From contig JBFMAY010000009.1 in assembly GCA_040755455.1 (NCBI GenBank), positions 1 through 56,858 on the forward strand: a stretch of DNA of 56,858 nt, read 5' to 3'. Position numbers and translations under genes: made by a program. Within the stretch, counting starts at the first letter, position 1, and each line of letters opens with the position of its first letter. The notes below the pieces were generated by a model that did not search any database, had not been told where the DNA came from, and was given only the letters and a program-made list of their open reading frames with translations. The DNA is from Thermodesulfobacteriota bacterium (GTDB lineage Bacteria; Desulfobacterota; Desulfobulbia; Desulfobulbales; SURF-16). Positions 17,376-26,697 of the stretch are shown piece by piece.

Positions 17376-19535
17376 ATGGAAAACGTTACCCTGGCCCTGG
17401 CCGTATTGCTGGCCGCAGGAGTGCTGGCGGCAAAGGCGGGACAGCTGCTGAAATTGCCTTCCGTCACCGGTTACATCCTGGCCGGTCTGCTGCTCGGCCC
17501 ATCCGGCTTCGGCATCGTGACCATGGAGTCGGTGGGCCATAAGCTGCACCATTTTACCCAGATCGCCCTCATGCTGATCGCCTTCGGCATCGGCGAACAG
17601 ATCGAAGTCAAACGTCTGCGGCAGTCGGCCAGAAGCATCGGTGTCATTGGTTTTTGCGAGGCGATAGGAGCTTTAGTCTTCGTGGCGTCCGTCTCTTTTT
17701 TCGTGGCCAGGCTGTGCTCCCTGGACTGCGTGGACTGGGGAACGGATGATTATCTTGTCCTGGCCTTGCTGCTGGGAGCGGTTTCCGTGGCCACCGCTCC
17801 CGCCACCACCCTGCACGTCATGCGGGAGCTGAAGGCCAAGGGGCCGCTGACCTCAACCCTTATGGCGGTTGTCGCCATTGACAACGGCCTGGCCATAATC
17901 CTTTTCGGCCTGGCCATGTCCTTGGCCGGGCAGCTTAGCACCGCCGGTAGCGGTTCATTGCCCGGCGCCGTTTTCGGCAGCGTGCTGGAGATTTCTTTAT
18001 CGCTTTCCGCAGGTCTCCTCACCGGTCTGGTCATCTCCTTTGTCCTCCATCATCTGAAACGGCAGGACGAGATGCTTACCGCCGGTCTGGCCCTGCTGCT
18101 TCTCTGCGGCGAGGGATGCCGTCTTTTTCATCTGTCGCCGCTGCTTGCCGGCATGGCTGCCGGTTTTACCGTGATCAACAGGGTAACGAGGGATGTCCGC
18201 CTTTTCCGGGCCCTTAATGCCTTTGAGCCCCCCATTTATGTGCTTTTTTTTACCCTTGCCGGCAGTCACCTCGATCTTGCCTCTCTCGGCAACGCGGGCT
18301 GGCTCGGGCTTGTCTATTACTTTTTCAGGATTATCGGCAAATACTGCGGGGCTTACAGCGGGGCCTTTTTCTCCGGCGCACCGGCTATGGTGCGCAACTA
18401 CCTGGGGGTGGCCCTCATGCCTCAGGCCGGGGTGGCCATCGGTCTTATTTTTCTGATCAGCAGTGATGAAAATCTGGCCGCCTTTTCCGCCATCATCACC
18501 CCGGTTGTGCTCGCCGGCGTGGTGCTCTCCGAGCTTTCCGGACCGGTCTGCGCCCGGCTGGCGGTGATCAGGGCCGGGGAGTCCGGCGAAACCGTTGAAC
18601 AAGACTTGCAGCCCAACGGCAGAGCAGGAAAAAGAGAGAACAACAGTGTCAAAAGCCCTGAAGCCTTTTCCCTGGTGCCGTGGACCTGGGAAAAACTCGT
18701 TTCCCATCCCATACCTGACGGGGTGGTGGCCTTCGGGGCCAAGCAGTCGGCCAAAGTAAAAGGCCTGGCCCGCATGGCAACGATTTTTGCCCATCATTAC
18801 AATGCGGTGCCCCTGTCGGTGCGGGTAGTGCAGCCATCCAGCAGAGGATATATCTTCAATGGAGCCATGGATTCTCTTTTCAGCGGAGAACGTGATGAGG
18901 TGGAAAAACTCGGCTATGAACTGCAGACTGAACTGGTGCCGGACAAGGATATTGCCTCCGGCCTGGTAGCTGCTGTGGAATACAACGACGCCAAGGCGGT
19001 TGTCCTCGGCTATCCCATTGAAGGAACCTTTCAGAGCTTTCAGGAGATTCTGGAGAAGGTGGCGAATAACGTCGCCTGTCCGGTGGTTCTGGTCAGGTTT
19101 TATGGCGAGCTGCATACGAAAAGAATACTGGTGCCGGTGCGAAGCCTGGAGGAACTGGGTGATGTGGGGCCCATCGTTCATGCCCTGTCACGGGTGGGTG
19201 ATCATCAGTTGACCATTCTTTACCTGTTGTCCGCTGATGAGCCTGATGAGAGAGTGGAATTCAAGAAGCATCAGCTGGCGGACTGGGTGAAGCGGCTGAA
19301 AATCACGGCACAAATCACGTTTCAGATTGACAAGACCGAGGCCCGGCAGGAAACGATTCTGAAGGAGTCGGAAAAGCATGATCTGGTGGTCATGGGCACA
19401 TCGAAAAAGAACGTGCTGAAAAAACTGTTTTTCGGTTCGCTGGTGGAAACGGTTTCCCGACGGATCCGCAAGCCCCTGCTGATTGTTTACCGGCCGGCCA
19501 ATGAGGCACTGCTGGCCGACAGACAGCTGCGTTGA
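17376..19535 (+). CDS. CPA2 cation:proton antiporter fused to USP-like domains
   Basis: LPSVTGYILAG, ATAPA, VAIDN, PQAGVAIG; C-terminal DLVVMG...FFGS. Confidence 0.9.
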   Translation: MENVTLALAVLLAAGVLAAKAGQLLKLPSVTGYILAGLLLGPSGFGIVTMESVGHKLHHFTQIALMLIAFGIGEQIEVKRLRQSARSIGVIGFCEAIGALVFVASVSFFVARLCSLDCVDWGTDDYLVLALLLGAVSVATAPATTLHVMRELKAKGPLTSTLMAVVAIDNGLAIILFGLAMSLAGQLSTAGSGSLPGAVFGSVLEISLSLSAGLLTGLVISFVLHHLKRQDEMLTAGLALLLLCGEGCRLFHLSPLLAGMAAGFTVINRVTRDVRLFRALNAFEPPIYVLFFTLAGSHLDLASLGNAGWLGLVYYFFRIIGKYCGAYSGAFFSGAPAMVRNYLGVALMPQAGVAIGLIFLISSDENLAAFSAIITPVVLAGVVLSELSGPVCARLAVIRAGESGETVEQDLQPNGRAGKRENNSVKSPEAFSLVPWTWEKLVSHPIPDGVVAFGAKQSAKVKGLARMATIFAHHYNAVPLSVRVVQPSSRGYIFNGAMDSLFSGERDEVEKLGYELQTELVPDKDIASGLVAAVEYNDAKAVVLGYPIEGTFQSFQEILEKVANNVACPVVLVRFYGELHTKRILVPVRSLEELGDVGPIVHALSRVGDHQLTILYLLSADEPDERVEFKKHQLADWVKRLKITAQITFQIDKTEARQETILKESEKHDLVVMGTSKKNVLKKLFFGSLVETVSRRIRKPLLIVYRPANEALLADRQLR

Positions 19536-19606
19536 GCTTTAATGCGTGTTGAATTTCTTTTTTTTGTCTTCATTAAATGTTAATGGAAAATTTGATCTCA
19601 ACTCTA

Positions 19607-19694
19607 TAGGAGCCAGCAGTCAGAATTCAGAAGCCATAATGACTGATTTTTTCGCCTTTCTTCATTATTCTGACTTATGAATTTTGAGGCTTCT
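19607..19694. repeat. Degenerate heptamer inverted repeat
   Basis: GGAGCCA-GCAGTCA-GAATTCA-GAAGCCA facing TTCTGAC-TTATGAA-TTTTGAG. Confidence 0.5.
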
Positions 19695-19759
19695 TTCGGG
19701 AAACATTTCGCAAAAATGCAGATAGTATTATTCCCGGCACGTGCCATATCGGGGGAGCC

Positions 19760-20266
19760 ATGGATTCGGATTTGATAAGCTCGCATAAGCTGCTGGTGGC
19801 AGGCCAGAGCTATGAGGCCTGCAGAGACAATGTGTTGCGCTTTTTTCATAACACCGTGCTGGTCAAATATGACCGGGTGAGGGTCATCGCCGATGAAGCG
19901 GTGTCCGCGCTGCAGGATGGTTTTATGGAAAAACTGGAAGCCGGGGTGGAACAGAACCGGCGGAGGGTAGGGCAATTGCTGGCCGAATTACGGCAGGAGG
20001 GTTTTAGTGAGCTCGGGGCCTGGCAGAACATGCCCCAGGGGTATCCCAGCAAAACCGTCCATGAGATCGCCCATCTGCTGGACGGTTTTTTCGGGATTGA
20101 CTCGGCATTTTATAATCTGATTGACGACTCGCACTGGGTATCTGCCCAGCTGCGGCAGGAGATGAGCAGAAACCCAGTGCGTTACTGGCTGATCAGGGCC
20201 GATGGCAGTTCACAGGTGGCGGAGGCGGACAGGGTGCCGTTCCTGCGCCGCCACGGCAGGGAGTAA
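19760..20266 (+). CDS. Hypothetical protein
   Basis: 168 aa; GGGGAG RBS; natural composition (LLDGFFGIDSAFYNL). Confidence 0.75.
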   Translation: MDSDLISSHKLLVAGQSYEACRDNVLRFFHNTVLVKYDRVRVIADEAVSALQDGFMEKLEAGVEQNRRRVGQLLAELRQEGFSELGAWQNMPQGYPSKTVHEIAHLLDGFFGIDSAFYNLIDDSHWVSAQLRQEMSRNPVRYWLIRADGSSQVAEADRVPFLRRHGRE

Positions 20267-20276
20267 ACGTCCCTGT

Positions 20277-22016
20277 TCACGGAGCCAGGACAATGGGCAG
20301 GTACTCCGGCTGCCAGCGCATGTTGGTGATCAGTTTGTTCAGCTTTTCCGGGTCGTTGTCGTGCTGGAAATCGCTGAAGGCGCAGAGATGACCGACATTG
20401 GCCTTGATGGCGGTGAGGCCCACGGCCTGGGCCACTTTGAGGCTCACGTCCTGCAGTTCCGCTACCGGCGGCAGCAACTCGCCCCTGGCCATGGCCTCGG
20501 GCTGGACGCATTGTGAAACCGCATGGGCGGCGGCGGTGAAAAAGGACGGCAGCACCTCCTTGGCCCCTGAGGCAATAATGCCGAGCCCCACACCGGGAAA
20601 GACAAAAACGTTGTTGCACTGACCAATGGTGTATGGCGTGCCGTTGTGGACCACAGGCGGGAAGGGGCTGCCGGTGGCGACCAGGGCCTTGCCGTCGGTC
20701 CACCGGTAGATATCCTCCGGCAGGGCCTCGGTCATGGAGGTCGGGTTGCTGAGCGGCAGAATGACCGGCCGGGGAGTATTGGCCGCCGCGGCCTGCACCA
20801 CTTCCCTGGTGAAACAGCCTGATTGGCCGGAGGTGCCGATGAGCACGGTCACTTTTTCGTGCCTTACCACATTTTCCAGGGTGCCGTCCCCGTCCTTTTG
20901 CAGCCATGGGAGGCGAGAGGGGTCCTTGGCGAATTTTTCCTTGTACGGTTCAAGTTTGCGGCCCGCGGTGACCAGCCCCTGGCTGTCTAGGGTGTAGATG
21001 CGGCTGCGCGCCGCTTCCGGGCTTAACCCGTTTTCAATCAGGGCGGTTTCGATCTGTTCGGCAATGCCCACCCCGCCGGCCCCGGCGCCGTGGATCAGAT
21101 AGACCTGGTCCTCCAGCTTCTCTTTTTTGATGCGCATGGCGGTGAGAATGCCCGCCAACGTCACGGCCCCTGTTCCCTGGATGTCATCATTAAAGGAAAT
21201 CAGGTCGTGCAGGTAGGCGTCCCTGATGGCAAAGGCGTTCTGTTTGGAAAAGTCTTCCCACTGGCACAGGGCATTGGGAAAAACCGCCCGGAAGGCCTTG
21301 GCAAAGCGCTGCACGAAGCGCAGATAATCGCTGCCGGAGAGTCTTTCATGACGCCAGCCCAGGTAAAATTCATCGGCCAGCAGGGCCTTGTTGTTGGTGC
21401 CCACGTCAAGGGAGATGGGCAGGCAGTGCCAAGGGGCGATGCCCGCCCCCTGGGTGTAGAGCATGAGTTTGCCGAGGCAGATGGCGATGCCGCCGGCGCC
21501 CTGGTCGCCGATACCGAGAATTCCCTGATTGTCCGTCACCACCGCCACCCTGATCCCCTGGTGCACATACCGGCGCAGGATCTCTTCCGCCCGGTCGATA
21601 TTGCCGGGATACAGGTGAATGCCGTTGGCAGTGCGGAAAATCGACGAATACCGCTGGCAGGCAAGACCAACGGTGGGGGTGTAGATGATGCCCATGTAGG
21701 TTTTGATATCACTGCGGATCAGGGCGTGGGACAGGGTGACGTTGCGGTCGAAAAGGGCGCGGATATAGATGAAACGTTCGATGTCATCTTCCTTGTTCTT
21801 CACCTTTTCGGCACTGTTGATCACCTGGCTTGCCAGCGAGCGGGGGGAGGGCGGCAGGGCGCCGTCAAGACCCAGCTTTCTCCGTTCCTCCTCGGTGAAG
21901 GCCGTGCCTTTATTGACGAAATTGAAGTATTGCAGGGCCAAGCCCGGTTTTTTCGCAATAATCGCCTCGGTGTTGCCGTACTCGCCGTACTTGAATGCGT
22001 AGATATCTTCTGTCAT
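20277..22016 (-). CDS. maeA: NAD-dependent malic enzyme
   Basis: NKGTAFT, IIYTPTVG, ILGIGDQG, QWEDF, FNDDIQGTG, GAGAGG and LSNPT motifs. Confidence 0.93.
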   Translation of the reverse strand: MTEDIYAFKYGEYGNTEAIIAKKPGLALQYFNFVNKGTAFTEEERRKLGLDGALPPSPRSLASQVINSAEKVKNKEDDIERFIYIRALFDRNVTLSHALIRSDIKTYMGIIYTPTVGLACQRYSSIFRTANGIHLYPGNIDRAEEILRRYVHQGIRVAVVTDNQGILGIGDQGAGGIAICLGKLMLYTQGAGIAPWHCLPISLDVGTNNKALLADEFYLGWRHERLSGSDYLRFVQRFAKAFRAVFPNALCQWEDFSKQNAFAIRDAYLHDLISFNDDIQGTGAVTLAGILTAMRIKKEKLEDQVYLIHGAGAGGVGIAEQIETALIENGLSPEAARSRIYTLDSQGLVTAGRKLEPYKEKFAKDPSRLPWLQKDGDGTLENVVRHEKVTVLIGTSGQSGCFTREVVQAAAANTPRPVILPLSNPTSMTEALPEDIYRWTDGKALVATGSPFPPVVHNGTPYTIGQCNNVFVFPGVGLGIIASGAKEVLPSFFTAAAHAVSQCVQPEAMARGELLPPVAELQDVSLKVAQAVGLTAIKANVGHLCAFSDFQHDNDPEKLNKLITNMRWQPEYLPIVLAP

Positions 22017-22035
22017 AGAGCTCGCTCAGTTAAGA

Positions 22036-22902
22036 TTATTTACCGAAAAGGCCTTTCATGGCATCCATGGCCTTCTGCATTTCCTGCTCTGTTTGCTTAT
22101 CCATCCGGTTTGCCGGCGGAGCCTGCTGTCCTGCGGACCCGCCCTGATTCATGGCGTCTCCGGCCTGTTCCTGCATCTTCTGGGAGGCATCCGGGGATTT
22201 CAGCGTGTCAATGGTTGATTTCGCCATGGCCCTGGCCGCGTCATCAGCCTCCTTGTCATGGGTGATCTGGATGCCGGGGGGCGGGTTAAAGGCGTTGCCG
22301 GGCACGGATCCTTCATTGATCTGGGTGGCCACCGTGGAAAAATTCATGCCCATCATGGCCGCATCAGATTTCAGGGTGATATCGGTGCCGTGAATGGAGT
22401 ATGACGTGGTTCCGGCGACGGAGACGAGATCACAGCTATAGCCCAGAATATTTTCGGCATTCTGCTGGACGCTGCCCTGCATGCCTTGCATCATGGAAGT
22501 ACCCATTTCCTGGGCATTTTTATTGACCATGTCCTTTTCCGGGGATGACAGCCGGTTGTATTCCTCGATGATGAATTTCACCGGATTGGTTACCTTGGTG
22601 CCGGTGCGGGCCTTCATGTCGATGGTATGGATCCAGTCAGGACTGGTGATTTCGATCTGATCCGTTTCCGTGGTCATGAGCATCATCTTGGCCGTTGACT
22701 TGCGGTGTCTTGATCTCTCTTTGCCATAGTCACGAATATAAAGGGTTTCCGAGCCGGCCTCGGAACCGGTGATGCTGTACTGGATGGTGGCCTCCTTGAA
22801 GGGCAGTTTTGTATCCCAGGGATTTGTCTCTGCCGAGGCGGTTGCGCAGAGAGTAAAGCTGACAAGGAGAAAAAGCAGGAACAGGGTAAGTCTTGTTTTC
22901 AT
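22036..22902 (-). CDS. Exported hypothetical protein (DUF4412-like)
   Basis: Signal peptide ending ASA; ENILGYSCD and AFNPPPG motifs; KGLFGK tail. Confidence 0.75.
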   Translation of the reverse strand: MKTRLTLFLLFLLVSFTLCATASAETNPWDTKLPFKEATIQYSITGSEAGSETLYIRDYGKERSRHRKSTAKMMLMTTETDQIEITSPDWIHTIDMKARTGTKVTNPVKFIIEEYNRLSSPEKDMVNKNAQEMGTSMMQGMQGSVQQNAENILGYSCDLVSVAGTTSYSIHGTDITLKSDAAMMGMNFSTVATQINEGSVPGNAFNPPPGIQITHDKEADDAARAMAKSTIDTLKSPDASQKMQEQAGDAMNQGGSAGQQAPPANRMDKQTEQEMQKAMDAMKGLFGK

Positions 22903-22989
22903 GGTCGGCACCGGAACTCTTTCGTTGTTAATTAATAAGGATATTCGCCTAAATCATACTGTTAAGGAAAGTTGAATAACAAGTTAAAA

Positions 22990-24588
22990 TTACGCCCGCA
23001 GTTCAAATGCTGCGCTGAAAAGCTTGCGGGTATATGGATGGGCGGGGTTGTCAAAAATATCCACGGCCGGGCCGTTTTCAACGATCATGCCGTCTTTCAT
23101 GACAGCCACTTCGTCAGCCATGGCCCGGACGACCCGCAGATCGTGGGATATGAACAGATAGGTGATGAGGTATTTTTCCTGCAGACTGCGCAGCAGATCG
23201 ATGATCTGGGCCTGGATGGTCATGTCGAGTGCGCTGGTCGGCTCGTCGAGGACAATGAATTTCGGTTGCAGGGCGATGGCCCGGGCGATGGCGATCCTTT
23301 GCCGCTGTCCGCCTGAGAATTCATGGGGATAGCGGTCCAGCATGTCGTTGGTCAGCCCGACCTCCATGAGAACCCGTTCGACAATTTCACGTCTTAGCCC
23401 TTTGTTTTTGCCGATATGATGCACCTTGAGTCCTTCCTCGATGATCTGAAAAATCGTCATTCTCGGTGACAGCGATGAAAAGGGGTCCTGGAAGACAACC
23501 TGCAGTTCGCGCCGCAGGCTGCGCATCTCGCTGCTCTTTTTGGCCAGCAGATCCGCTCCCAGGTAGCAGATCCGCCCCTTGCTTTGGGTGAGCCGCAGGA
23601 TCCCCATGCCGAGAGTGCTCTTGCCGGAGCCTGATTCGCCGACAATGCCATAGGTCGTCCCTTCCTTGATAGTCAGGCTGACGCCGTTGACCGCCTTGAT
23701 CTCCCCCACCTGGCGTTTGAAAAACCCCCTTCTGACCGGAAAATGGCAATGGAGATCTTTAATGGTAAGCAGCGGTTTGCCGCCTTGCTTGTAAGCGGGT
23801 TGGCCTTTGGGCACACTGTCGAGCAGTTTGATGGTGTAGGGGTCCTCTGGCGAGGCAAAGATGGTCAGGCACGGGCCGTGCTCGACGATGCGGCCCTGGT
23901 GCATGATATGCACGGTGTCAGCGATCTTTCTGACCATGTGCAGATCATGGGTGATGAGCAGGATGGCCATGTCAAACTCCTGCTGCAGCTCCTGCAGCAG
24001 GGCCAGGATCTGGGCCTGGATGGTCACGTCCAGGGCCGTGGTCGGCTCATCGGCGATAAGCAGCTTGGGCCGGCAGGCCAGGGCCATGGCGATCATCACC
24101 CGTTGCCGCTGCCCGCCGGAAAGTTGGTGGGGGAAGCTGTGCATCCTGCTTTCCGGGTCCGGGATGCCGGTCTTGTCAAGCAGCTGCACCGCCTTTTCCC
24201 TGGCTTTTTCCGGGGTGAGATGCTGGTGGAGCATCAGCGGTTCAATGAGCTGGTCGGCGATGGGGTATACAGGATTAAGCGAGGTCATGGGTTCCTGAAA
24301 GATCATGGCAATATCATTGCCCCTGATTTTCCGCAGTTCCACTTCATTTTTTGTGATCAGATCCTGCCCCGCGAAAATGATTTGTCCCCGGCAGCTGAAT
24401 GACTGACGGTCAAGCAGCTGCAGAATGGAAAGGGCGGTGACGGATTTGCCCGAACCTGATTCACCGACCAGGGCCACGGTTTCCCCATGATTGATGGAAA
24501 ATGACACATCATGGAGCACCGGGGCGAAACCGTCCTGGCCGTGAAAGCCTGCATTGAGATCACGAATCTGGAGAAGCTCTTTATTCAT
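22990..24588 (-). CDS. yejF: Peptide ABC transporter, dual ATPase (YejF)
   Basis: Two GESGSGKS Walker A motifs; LSGGQ and FSGGQ signatures. Confidence 0.88.
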   Translation of the reverse strand: MNKELLQIRDLNAGFHGQDGFAPVLHDVSFSINHGETVALVGESGSGKSVTALSILQLLDRQSFSCRGQIIFAGQDLITKNEVELRKIRGNDIAMIFQEPMTSLNPVYPIADQLIEPLMLHQHLTPEKAREKAVQLLDKTGIPDPESRMHSFPHQLSGGQRQRVMIAMALACRPKLLIADEPTTALDVTIQAQILALLQELQQEFDMAILLITHDLHMVRKIADTVHIMHQGRIVEHGPCLTIFASPEDPYTIKLLDSVPKGQPAYKQGGKPLLTIKDLHCHFPVRRGFFKRQVGEIKAVNGVSLTIKEGTTYGIVGESGSGKSTLGMGILRLTQSKGRICYLGADLLAKKSSEMRSLRRELQVVFQDPFSSLSPRMTIFQIIEEGLKVHHIGKNKGLRREIVERVLMEVGLTNDMLDRYPHEFSGGQRQRIAIARAIALQPKFIVLDEPTSALDMTIQAQIIDLLRSLQEKYLITYLFISHDLRVVRAMADEVAVMKDGMIVENGPAVDIFDNPAHPYTRKLFSAAFELRA

Positions 24589-25622
24589 ACCTTCCTCGGG
24601 TCAAATGTTTCCCGCAGGGCCTCGCCGATAAAGATCAGCAGAATGAGGGTGCCGACCAGGACGACAAAGGTGCTGAGCGACAGCCACCAGGCATCAATAT
24701 TACCCTTCCCCTGGGCCAGCAGTTCCCCGAGGCTGGGGGTGGGAGGGGGGACGCCGAGACCGAGGAAATCAAGGCTGGTCAGGGCAAGGATGGCCCCTGA
24801 CATGCGGAAGGGCAGAAAGGTGATGACCGGCGTCATGCCGTTGGGCAGGAGGTGGCGGATCATGATGGTGACGTTGCCCACCCCCATGGCTTTTGCTGCC
24901 ATGACGTAATCCAGGTTGCGGCTCTTGAGGAATTCCGCCCGCACGTAATCGGACAGCCCCATCCAGCCGAACATGGAGAGCAGGATCAAGAGCAGCAGCA
25001 GGCTCGGCTTGAAGATGGATGAGAAGATGATCAGCAGATAGAGTTCGGGCATGGAGCCCCAGATCTCGATGAAACGCTGGAAGAAAAGATCGGTCCTGCC
25101 GCCGAAATAGCCCTGTATGGCCCCGGCCACGATGCCCAGGAGGGTGCCCACCCCGGTAAGCAGCAGGCCGAAGACGATGGAAAGGCGAAATCCGTACAGG
25201 AGACGGGCCAGGACATCGCGGCCCCGGTCATCGGTGCCGAGCAGGTTTTCCCTGGTTGGCGGAGAAGGTACCGGGACATCGAGGTTCGGGTTGATTGAGG
25301 CGTAACTGTGGGGATTAAGCGGGAAAAAGGCCCGGTTGCCGCCCGTGGTGATCTTCTCAAGAATATACGGGTCGCGGTAGTCGGCCTCGGTGGCGAAATC
25401 ACCGCCAAAGGTGGTTTCCGCATAGGTTCTGATCAACGGGCAATAAAAGGAGCCATTGTAGATGATGAGAAAGGGGCGGTCATTGCTGATCACTTCGGCG
25501 CCCAGACTGATGACAAAGAGAATGGCAAAGATGGCGAGACTCCAGTAGCCGCGCCTGTTGCTCTTGAATTTCCGCCAGCGTCGCCGGAGCATGCTGTCTT
25601 TTCTTGGTGTTTTGGGCGGCAT
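24585..25622 (-). CDS. yejE: Peptide ABC transporter permease (YejE)
   Basis: FKSNRRGYWSL, ETTFGGDF, LGTDDRGRDV; start moved to ATG 25622. Confidence 0.88.
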   Translation of the reverse strand: MPPKTPRKDSMLRRRWRKFKSNRRGYWSLAIFAILFVISLGAEVISNDRPFLIIYNGSFYCPLIRTYAETTFGGDFATEADYRDPYILEKITTGGNRAFFPLNPHSYASINPNLDVPVPSPPTRENLLGTDDRGRDVLARLLYGFRLSIVFGLLLTGVGTLLGIVAGAIQGYFGGRTDLFFQRFIEIWGSMPELYLLIIFSSIFKPSLLLLLILLSMFGWMGLSDYVRAEFLKSRNLDYVMAAKAMGVGNVTIMIRHLLPNGMTPVITFLPFRMSGAILALTSLDFLGLGVPPPTPSLGELLAQGKGNIDAWWLSLSTFVVLVGTLILLIFIGEALRETFDPRKV

Positions 25623-25632
25623 ATTGTTCTTT

Positions 25633-26688
25633 TTACTGCTCCACGCTCTCAAAGGTGATGCGCGGGTCAACCATCACATAGCTGAGGTCCGACAGCAGCC
25701 GGGATATCAGGCCGATAATGGTGAAAAAGTACAGGGTGCCCAGCACCACGGGATAATCCCGGTTGAGGATTGATTGGTAGGCCAGCAGCCCCATGCCGTC
25801 CAGGGAAAAGATGGTCTCGATCAACAGACTGCCGGTGAAAAAGGCGGTGATAAAGGAACCGGGAAAGCCGGTGATAATCGGGATAATGGCGTTTCTGAAC
25901 ACATGCCGGTAGAGCACCCGGTTTTCACTTAAGCCCTTGGCCCTGGCCGTGAGCACGTACTGTTTTCTGATCTCTTCCAGAAAGCTGTTTTTGGTGAGCA
26001 GGGTCATGACGGCCAGGCTGCCCACCGCGCTTGAGGTGATGGGCAGAACCATGTGCCACAGGTAATCGAGCACCTTGGCCAGCGGGCTGAGTTCCGCCCA
26101 GTTGTCCGAGACCAGTCCGCGCAGCGGAAAGATATTCCAGAAGCTGCCGCCGCCGAAGAGGACGATGAGCACAATGGCCAGCACGAAGCCGGGGATGGCA
26201 TAGCCGATGAGAATCATGGTGCTTGAAAAAACATCGAAGCGCGAGCCGTCGCGCACCGCCTTCTTGATGCCCAGGGGAATGCAGACCCCATAGACGATGA
26301 GAAAGGACCAGAGGCCCAAGGACATGGATACCGGCAGTTTGGAGATGACGAGGTCAGCAACGCTCTGGTGATGGTAGTAGGATTTGCCGAAGTCGAAAAC
26401 GAGGTAGTTCGCCATCATGGTCACAAAACGCTCCGCCGGCGGCTTGTCGAAGCCATACATGGCCTTGATCTCCTGGATGCGTTCCGCGTCGAGTCCCTTG
26501 TTTCCCTGGTAAATACCTGACGCCCCGCCGCCTGCTTCACCGCCGCCGCGGGAAGATCTCTGCATGTCGGCAATGATTTTCTCCACCGGCCCGCCCGGGA
26601 CAAACTGGGTCACGGTGAAGGTGATCAGCATGATCCCGAAAAGGGTGGGAATCATGAGCAGTATGCGGCGGAGAATGTAGGCTAACAT
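25633..26688 (-). CDS. yejB: Peptide ABC transporter permease (YejB)
   Basis: QFVPGGPVE, YGFDKP and TARAKGL motifs. Confidence 0.88.
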   Translation of the reverse strand: MLAYILRRILLMIPTLFGIMLITFTVTQFVPGGPVEKIIADMQRSSRGGGEAGGGASGIYQGNKGLDAERIQEIKAMYGFDKPPAERFVTMMANYLVFDFGKSYYHHQSVADLVISKLPVSMSLGLWSFLIVYGVCIPLGIKKAVRDGSRFDVFSSTMILIGYAIPGFVLAIVLIVLFGGGSFWNIFPLRGLVSDNWAELSPLAKVLDYLWHMVLPITSSAVGSLAVMTLLTKNSFLEEIRKQYVLTARAKGLSENRVLYRHVFRNAIIPIITGFPGSFITAFFTGSLLIETIFSLDGMGLLAYQSILNRDYPVVLGTLYFFTIIGLISRLLSDLSYVMVDPRITFESVEQ

Positions 26689-26697
26689 GATGGCGAT

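Noticed and set aside
16449..22265. Long opposite-strand ORFs (16449-17552, 17997-19181, 21090-22265)
   Set aside because: Shadows of well-supported genes, with no recognisable domains.
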